64,000 nt of DNA from Candidatus Multivoradales bacterium (lineage in GTDB: Bacteria; Acidobacteriota; Thermoanaerobaculia; Multivoradales; Multivoraceae), in contig CBDCWI010000001.1 of NCBI GenBank assembly GCA_965223325.1, positions 1,024,001 through 1,088,000 on the forward strand, given 5' to 3'. The notes under the pieces are model-generated. The model had not been told where the DNA came from. It did not search any database and saw only the letters and a program-made list of their open reading frames with translations. The position numbers were made by a program, and so were the translations under genes. This document shows, piece by piece, positions 58,952-64,000 of the stretch; positions within the stretch are counted from its first letter, which is position 1; every line of letters begins with the position of its first letter.

Positions 58952-59839
58952 TCACTTCTCGCCTCGAGAGACTTGCAGGTGCCCGTGCTTTCGCGATCTC
59001 AGACGGGGATCCGTTCGAACCATGAGCTGGCCGATCCACCGTCTTCCACTCTCTTCACTCACCGAGACAGCTACCGACGCCACCCCCAGGGCGGCTTGTG
59101 GCGCACCGACGGTCCACCCGCTGTTCTCGAGATCAAGTGAGAGATCCTCGAGAAGTCGTAGGGCCGGCAAGTGAGATTTCATTGACCAGTTCCAATCCAA
59201 GTAGTTCTGGCCGTATTGTCCGCCACCAGAACGAAACCTGTCGAACAGGTTCCTCGTGAACGCTTCGAGCGGCCCACCATCCCCAGAGAAAGGCTGAAAC
59301 TTCGTGGCTGGCTCCGCACAGCCATCATCACTTCGGTAGAACCGGACGAGAACCCGAAGGCCGGCGTGAACCTGGCGACCCTTCGAGATACAGGCGCGCC
59401 CCACACCTCCGCAGTAGCAGGCCGTCTGCCCTCCAACGTCTCCCGCTCTCCAGGTTGATTTCGATGCCTCGGACCAGCCGAGTTTGAGTAGACGTGCCGC
59501 GAGCTCATCCAGCCGGGCATGCCCGCCTTGAAGATTCAGCACGGCAGCGCCCCAACTACCGTGGTCCACAGACACCAGAACCTCCACTCCCTCGACCTTG
59601 GGGACAAAGGCTCGGGCGAGCGGTGGCAGACCGCCGACCGTGAGCCGTTCCGCATCCCAGTACAGATCTGGATTCAGGAGCAGGAGCAGATCGTCGCTCG
59701 AGACGAAGTCGACATTTCGAACATCCTGGCCGAAGGAGGGCTTTCCCATGAGGATCACGGTTAGCAGGAGGACGAGCCGCGACAGAGCCCGCGCTGGAAT
59801 CGACTGGCTTGTCGAAAGACAGAAAGGGCCGAGAGACAC
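58952..59839 (-). CDS. Hypothetical protein
   Basis: 295-aa ORF co-oriented with neighbours; no recognisable motif; true start unclear. Confidence 0.5.
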   Translation of the reverse strand: MSLGPFCLSTSQSIPARALSRLVLLLTVILMGKPSFGQDVRNVDFVSSDDLLLLLNPDLYWDAERLTVGGLPPLARAFVPKVEGVEVLVSVDHGSWGAAVLNLQGGHARLDELAARLLKLGWSEASKSTWRAGDVGGQTACYCGGVGRACISKGRQVHAGLRVLVRFYRSDDGCAEPATKFQPFSGDGGPLEAFTRNLFDRFRSGGGQYGQNYLDWNWSMKSHLPALRLLEDLSLDLENSGWTVGAPQAALGVASVAVSVSEESGRRWIGQLMVRTDPRLRSRKHGHLQVSRGEK

Positions 59840-60108
59840 GTTCAGAAAGCCATCCAGCTGAAGATCAATGCGGTACTCACCGTGACCCCAAGCTCGATGT
59901 AGGCAAACCCGTCGCGGTTGCCAAGCACGACAAGGGGCCGAACCCCCTCCTCACGCTTTCGGACGGGCACACTCCAACGGTGGCCCCCGGCAAGGGCCAG
60001 CACTCTACATCAATCACCAGGACTTCGACGCTCTCGTCAGACTCGCCCGGTCCTGCCACAAGCAGGCCGGGGCCGAAGAAGATCGCCTGGAGCAAGAAAG
60101 TCTTCATC
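59760..60108 (-). pseudogene. Frameshifted carboxypeptidase-regulatory-like (beta-sandwich) domain remnant
   Basis: Three consecutive frames give VLVIDVECWPLPGATV / VLGNRDGFAYIEL / GEYRIDLQLDGFLNVSLGPF, which together form the typical pattern. Confidence 0.5.
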
Positions 60109-60156
60109 AACCTGCCGGGCGGACGATCCGCGCGAAGCGACAACGGGTTCGCCGCT

Positions 60157-60621
60157 TCATTCGCATCGGCGTGAAGCCCGTTCGAACGCACCCAGAAACC
60201 GTTTAGCGTTCTTCGTGTCAACTTGATCGAGCATCGACAGGCCTTCGCCAGATCGGCCAAAGACGACAAGCGCCCGCCCCAGATCTTCGAGGACCTTCGG
60301 GTTCGTTGGCTCAATGGACAAGGCCGACTCGAGGTGTGAAATCGCCTGCGCCCAGTCACCGAGTTGGCGACCGTAGTAGTTGAACCCGAGGCGCCGATTC
60401 GCTTCAGCCATCTGGGGGCGATCTGAGCCCGCTTCAACGGCGGCCCGCCAGGCCTCGAGCTGATCATCCTCGATCGGCATCAGCGAAGAGAACGCTCGCG
60501 CCGATTCCAGCCAGGTTGAAACGAATTCTCGCTCAGCCTCGCAGTAGACACCAGCAGGCTGCGACCAGCTCGGCGGGTTAACGAACAGAACCCCCATAGC
60601 GATCAACGAAAGAAGTCTCAC
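60157..60621 (-). CDS. Small exported TPR protein
   Basis: Signal peptide; AISHLESALSIEPTNPKVLEDLGRAL; AAGGGG RBS before GTG. Confidence 0.75.
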   Translation of the reverse strand: MRLLSLIAMGVLFVNPPSWSQPAGVYCEAEREFVSTWLESARAFSSLMPIEDDQLEAWRAAVEAGSDRPQMAEANRRLGFNYYGRQLGDWAQAISHLESALSIEPTNPKVLEDLGRALVVFGRSGEGLSMLDQVDTKNAKRFLGAFERASRRCE

Positions 60622-60747
60622 CTCAGCCCCCTTTTGTCGTGTCGGGCTACTGTACCTTTCCTAGCTCCTCAGAACCCACCGCCTGCGGGTAGCGCCGTCG
60701 GTCGCGTGGATAACAATCGGAAGCTGCGCCCGGTTCTCAGCGAGGAC

Positions 60748-61551
60748 CTACAGCCTGGATCCCGAAACGATATGCGCCGGTGAATTGAAGGCCACTTCAC
60801 CATCTGCAGAAACGTACTCCGCGAGCGCGGTCTCCGCCTCCTCCAGGATCTCCCGGATCTGTTCTTCGTTCAGCGAAACTCCCATGACCGGCAGCCAACC
60901 CCTCAGATCCGCTTCGACCATCGTTCTGATGCTCGGAAAGCGGGCGGTACCGTTCACGGTTTCGACGCTTACCGACTCCACTCCGGAGTCTTCAAACAAC
61001 GCGACCAGCGCGGCTTTATCGCCCAACACAAAAGGAGCACGCAACGCGTTGGCGGCAGCATCACCGGCCAGTCGCTCGAGCAGTCCCACCTCGACCGGAT
61101 AAGCCTCGGAGTTCTCCAAACTGTCCCACACCGCCACAGCCAGCCTGCCACCTGGCTCGAGAACACGAATCATTTCGCGAATCGCCTCAGCGCGATCAGC
61201 GAAGAACATCAAGCCGAACTGACTGACAACGGCGTCAAACGACTGATCGGGGTACGGAAGTGACTCCGCTACACCCTCTTGCCACTCCACATCTGGAGCC
61301 AACTCAGCTGCCACTGCCAGCATGCCCGGCCCGGAGTCGATGCCCGCGACACGCCGCTCTGACCCGACACGGATTGCTGCTTCTCGAGCCAGAACCCCAG
61401 TGCCGCACGCAACGTCCAGCACCCGCTGCCCCGGCTCCACACCGGCCGCATCAAGCACGCGAGGGCACCACTGTTTGAATATCGCGGGCACATGAAGGGC
61501 TTCGTAGGCCCGTGCACCGGCGATCTGATCCTCGAGGTTCGGTTCGTTCAT
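60748..61551 (-). CDS. Class I SAM-dependent methyltransferase
   Basis: RVLDVACGTG, AESLPYPDQSFDAV, RVLEPGG; GAGGAG RBS. Confidence 0.93.
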   Translation of the reverse strand: MNEPNLEDQIAGARAYEALHVPAIFKQWCPRVLDAAGVEPGQRVLDVACGTGVLAREAAIRVGSERRVAGIDSGPGMLAVAAELAPDVEWQEGVAESLPYPDQSFDAVVSQFGLMFFADRAEAIREMIRVLEPGGRLAVAVWDSLENSEAYPVEVGLLERLAGDAAANALRAPFVLGDKAALVALFEDSGVESVSVETVNGTARFPSIRTMVEADLRGWLPVMGVSLNEEQIREILEEAETALAEYVSADGEVAFNSPAHIVSGSRL

Positions 61552-61652
61552 CGTCAGCTTCTCCTCGGTTCGTTTAGGAGCTGTGGTCCATTCGCGGAAC
61601 TGGGGAGGCGATGTGAGCGACTTCGATTATCCGCGGACGCGCCCGATCAGCG

Positions 61653-61871
61653 TCAAAAGCGTGTCTCATGAGTAAAGGTCTCAACGGGGACGCCTAGCCA
61701 GCCGACGAGCGCCAGGACGCCATCGACTTCCATCCTGCCTCCGTGCTGGGTTCGGGAGATCGTCGAAATACTTACACCGGTCTCCTTGGCGATCTCTTTC
61801 CAGGTCACACCGCGAGAACGGCGCTCCACATCCAGCGCTGCATAGAGAGCCTTCGGATTGAACCTCCGCAT
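61653..61871 (-). CDS. Small XRE-family helix-turn-helix protein
   Basis: LYAALDVERRSRGVTWKEIAKETGVSISTISR. Confidence 0.85.
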   Translation of the reverse strand: MRRFNPKALYAALDVERRSRGVTWKEIAKETGVSISTISRTQHGGRMEVDGVLALVGWLGVPVETFTHETRF

Positions 61872-62078
61872 GTCTTTACCCCGTGATGAAAAGTGCGGCA
61901 GTAGGGTGTGCGCGTCGCTTTCAAACCCCATGATCTCAGCCTCCAACCGTGAACCGGCTTGTTCTCTCATCCCACCTTGGAGGAGCGTTCCATCTGAGCC
62001 CGGCCCTTCTCTCGACGGATTGAAACCTCGATTGTAGGACGACCCCCAAGAGGGGATTGTCTCGCTAGACTGGGGCTC

Positions 62079-63032
62079 ATGGTCGCCAGCCGATCTCCTT
62101 ACCGAGCCTCAGACGAGCGTACCGCCCATCGGGCCCGATTCGCTTTACGTTGTTGTTTCGCGCTGGCGCTTTCGGCCGTCGCCCTCGCTGTCGCCGGGTG
62201 CTCGCTGATTGCCCCGTCGACTCGTCCTACCCCAGAAGCGCCCAGGAATCTCTACTGCAAGCTCGAGTACCGCCCGGGTGGACCGGACTCCGCTGGCCCC
62301 GACATTCTCTTCCTGGCGGCTGCGAACCCGTACAAGACGGAGGAGGTCGCGATGAGCCTGCCCGACGGAATCGTCCACCGTGCACTGGCGCCGGGGCGGC
62401 ATCTCACCGAACCCGCGAGCCTGAGCGGCGCAACGTGCGAGACCAGAGCCTGGTCCAGGGGTCACCGGCTTCCCATGATTTTTTCGCCGCGCAATCACCT
62501 CCTCTGTAGGCGCCATGGAGATGAGCGCGTCGAGTTCAGCTTGAAGACCAAGTACGGAAGCTGCTCCGAGATCATCGAAGCTGCGGACATGACTCCCCGC
62601 TGCAGTCTCCCCTGGAAGCGTATCCACAGGCTCATCGACCGTCTGCCACCGGGTGCCTGCCCAGACATTCCCACAGCGACGGCGGAGTCACGCCGACTAT
62701 CGCGCCCCGGCGCGCTGGCCATCGTAATCCGCGAAGGGTCTGGTGCTGTAGCCGAGGCGACCGACTGGCTCACGCTCGAGGTCAACAGCGTCAACCGACG
62801 CTCCGCCGTCACCTCGAGTACCCCGTTCGATGGCCAGCCCTGGAGACTCCGGCTCAACGACGGCACGCTGCCAGCAGCACTCTCGACCGCCATCGAAGGC
62901 ATGCGCACCGGTGAGCGACGGCGAATCTATGCGGCTCCAGTCCAGTCAACACACGTGCCAAGGGACGTCTCCTCGGACGTCTTGTTCTGGGACGTCCAGC
63001 TCATCGCGACCTCGAAAGCCGAAGAGGAGTAG
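62079..63032 (+). CDS. Lipoprotein with degenerate C-terminal FKBP-type PPIase domain
   Basis: Lipobox AVAGC; ALSTAIEGMRTGERRRIY...LFWDVQLI. Confidence 0.7.
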   Translation: MVASRSPYRASDERTAHRARFALRCCFALALSAVALAVAGCSLIAPSTRPTPEAPRNLYCKLEYRPGGPDSAGPDILFLAAANPYKTEEVAMSLPDGIVHRALAPGRHLTEPASLSGATCETRAWSRGHRLPMIFSPRNHLLCRRHGDERVEFSLKTKYGSCSEIIEAADMTPRCSLPWKRIHRLIDRLPPGACPDIPTATAESRRLSRPGALAIVIREGSGAVAEATDWLTLEVNSVNRRSAVTSSTPFDGQPWRLRLNDGTLPAALSTAIEGMRTGERRRIYAAPVQSTHVPRDVSSDVLFWDVQLIATSKAEEE

Positions 63033-63095
63033 GGCCGCCCGTTCGAGAGGCCCTCACCGAGTCTCGGGGCGAAAGCGCCGCGACAGAACGCGGAC

Positions 63096-64000
63096 TCACT
63101 CCTCTGCCAATGCGTAGAGATGGCCAGGGGTGCGAACGAAGAGCGTTCCGTCTGACACCGCAGGGGTCGCCATGAGCGGCTCGTCGAACTCGTTGATCGC
63201 GACTTCCTTGTACTCGGCGCCAGCCGCAAGGACGTACATCTGACCTTCCTCGGTCGCGACGTAGAGATGGTCATTGACGACCACCGGTGAGGCCGTAAAG
63301 GTGCCGCCCTGGCTGAAGCGCTTCTTGTAGAGGGCATCGCCGGTCAGGGCATCGTAGGCCACCATGCGGCCGTTGTGGTGCACCAGGTAGAACAGACCTT
63401 TGTAGAGGAGCGGCGTGGGCATGTAGGCACCGCCCACTCGATGGCTCCACGCCACCTGTTCGCTGGCCTCCCCCGGAGACAGTTCGATCTTGCCGCGGCT
63501 CCCTGAACGCACCGCGTAGATTGGCTTGATCGGGGCGTATCCCGCCGACACGTAGACGACCCCGTCGCCGACCACCGGCCGCGCAATCACCAACTCGGAG
63601 TTGGGCCCCAGACTCCACAGCTCCTTGCCGGTTCCAGGGTCGTAGCCATGGATGGTGGAGCCATTGAGCACCAGCTCGTCGCCGGAGGCGGCGCGCAGGA
63701 TGCTCGGGGTCGAAAAGGACGGCGCAACGTCACGCGGCACCTTCCACACCATCTTGCCAGTCGCTACATTCCACGCCGCCATGTACGCACCTTCGTCGAC
63801 ATCGCTCCTGGACACATCGACCTGGAGGATCACGGTGTCGTTGTAGAGGATGGGAGAGCTGGAGTAACCCCATTCGAGTTCAGGGTCCATGAAAGCGCTG
63901 GCATTGAGACCACCTAGCGGGTGATGCCAGAGAACGTTGCCGTCCAGGTCGAGGCTGGCAATGCCAGCGGTCGGGAAAACCACCACCAGATGTTCGCCGT
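63096..64000 (-). CDS. PQQ-like beta-propeller repeat protein (5' end outside the window)
   Basis: SLDLDGNVLW, WGYSSSP, GYDPGTGKELW, YMPTPL, FTASPV, MATPAV. Confidence 0.9.
   Translation of the reverse strand, partial: GEHLVVVFPTAGIASLDLDGNVLWHHPLGGLNASAFMDPELEWGYSSSPILYNDTVILQVDVSRSDVDEGAYMAAWNVATGKMVWKVPRDVAPSFSTPSILRAASGDELVLNGSTIHGYDPGTGKELWSLGPNSELVIARPVVGDGVVYVSAGYAPIKPIYAVRSGSRGKIELSPGEASEQVAWSHRVGGAYMPTPLLYKGLFYLVHHNGRMVAYDALTGDALYKKRFSQGGTFTASPVVVNDHLYVATEEGQMYVLAAGAEYKEVAINEFDEPLMATPAVSDGTLFVRTPGHLYALAEE

Overview
High-GC bacterial chromosomal window. Acidobacteriota, possibly Thermoanaerobaculia-like, is an inference from gene content and a C-terminal 'F-x-D-S-F-E-S-G...AW' motif. 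About 40 genes are present, with no rRNA, tRNA, CRISPR array or transposase seen. From left to right: the N-terminal half of a Gly/Asp-rich autotransporter-like protein; a divergent exported VOC protein / quinohemoprotein PQQ dehydrogenase pair abutting a lactonase pseudogene; a MATE transporter; a mutA-scpA-meaB-amidase operon. These are followed by an NrdR-boxed nrdAB operon whose NrdB has class Ic (Mn/Fe) signatures. The main candidate novel system (20.2-30.0 kb) is a sigma54-promoted secreted subtilase ending in 8 copies of S-[FM]-L-W-N-[VN]. It converges on an operon encoding a beta-propeller/Y_Y_Y sensor diguanylate cyclase and a sigma54 activator whose GGDEF domain is catalytically degenerate but keeps its I-site. 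This looks like a protease-encoded peptide / c-di-GMP / sigma54 feedback circuit (inference). Next come bactofilin + Ser/Thr kinase facing two FHA proteins across a structured 157-bp tandem repeat, a long inverted repeat and a microsatellite; an ECF sigma-kinase/WD40-TonB receptor operon; and assorted transport, envelope and hypothetical genes. Starts were refined by eye; no database searches were run.
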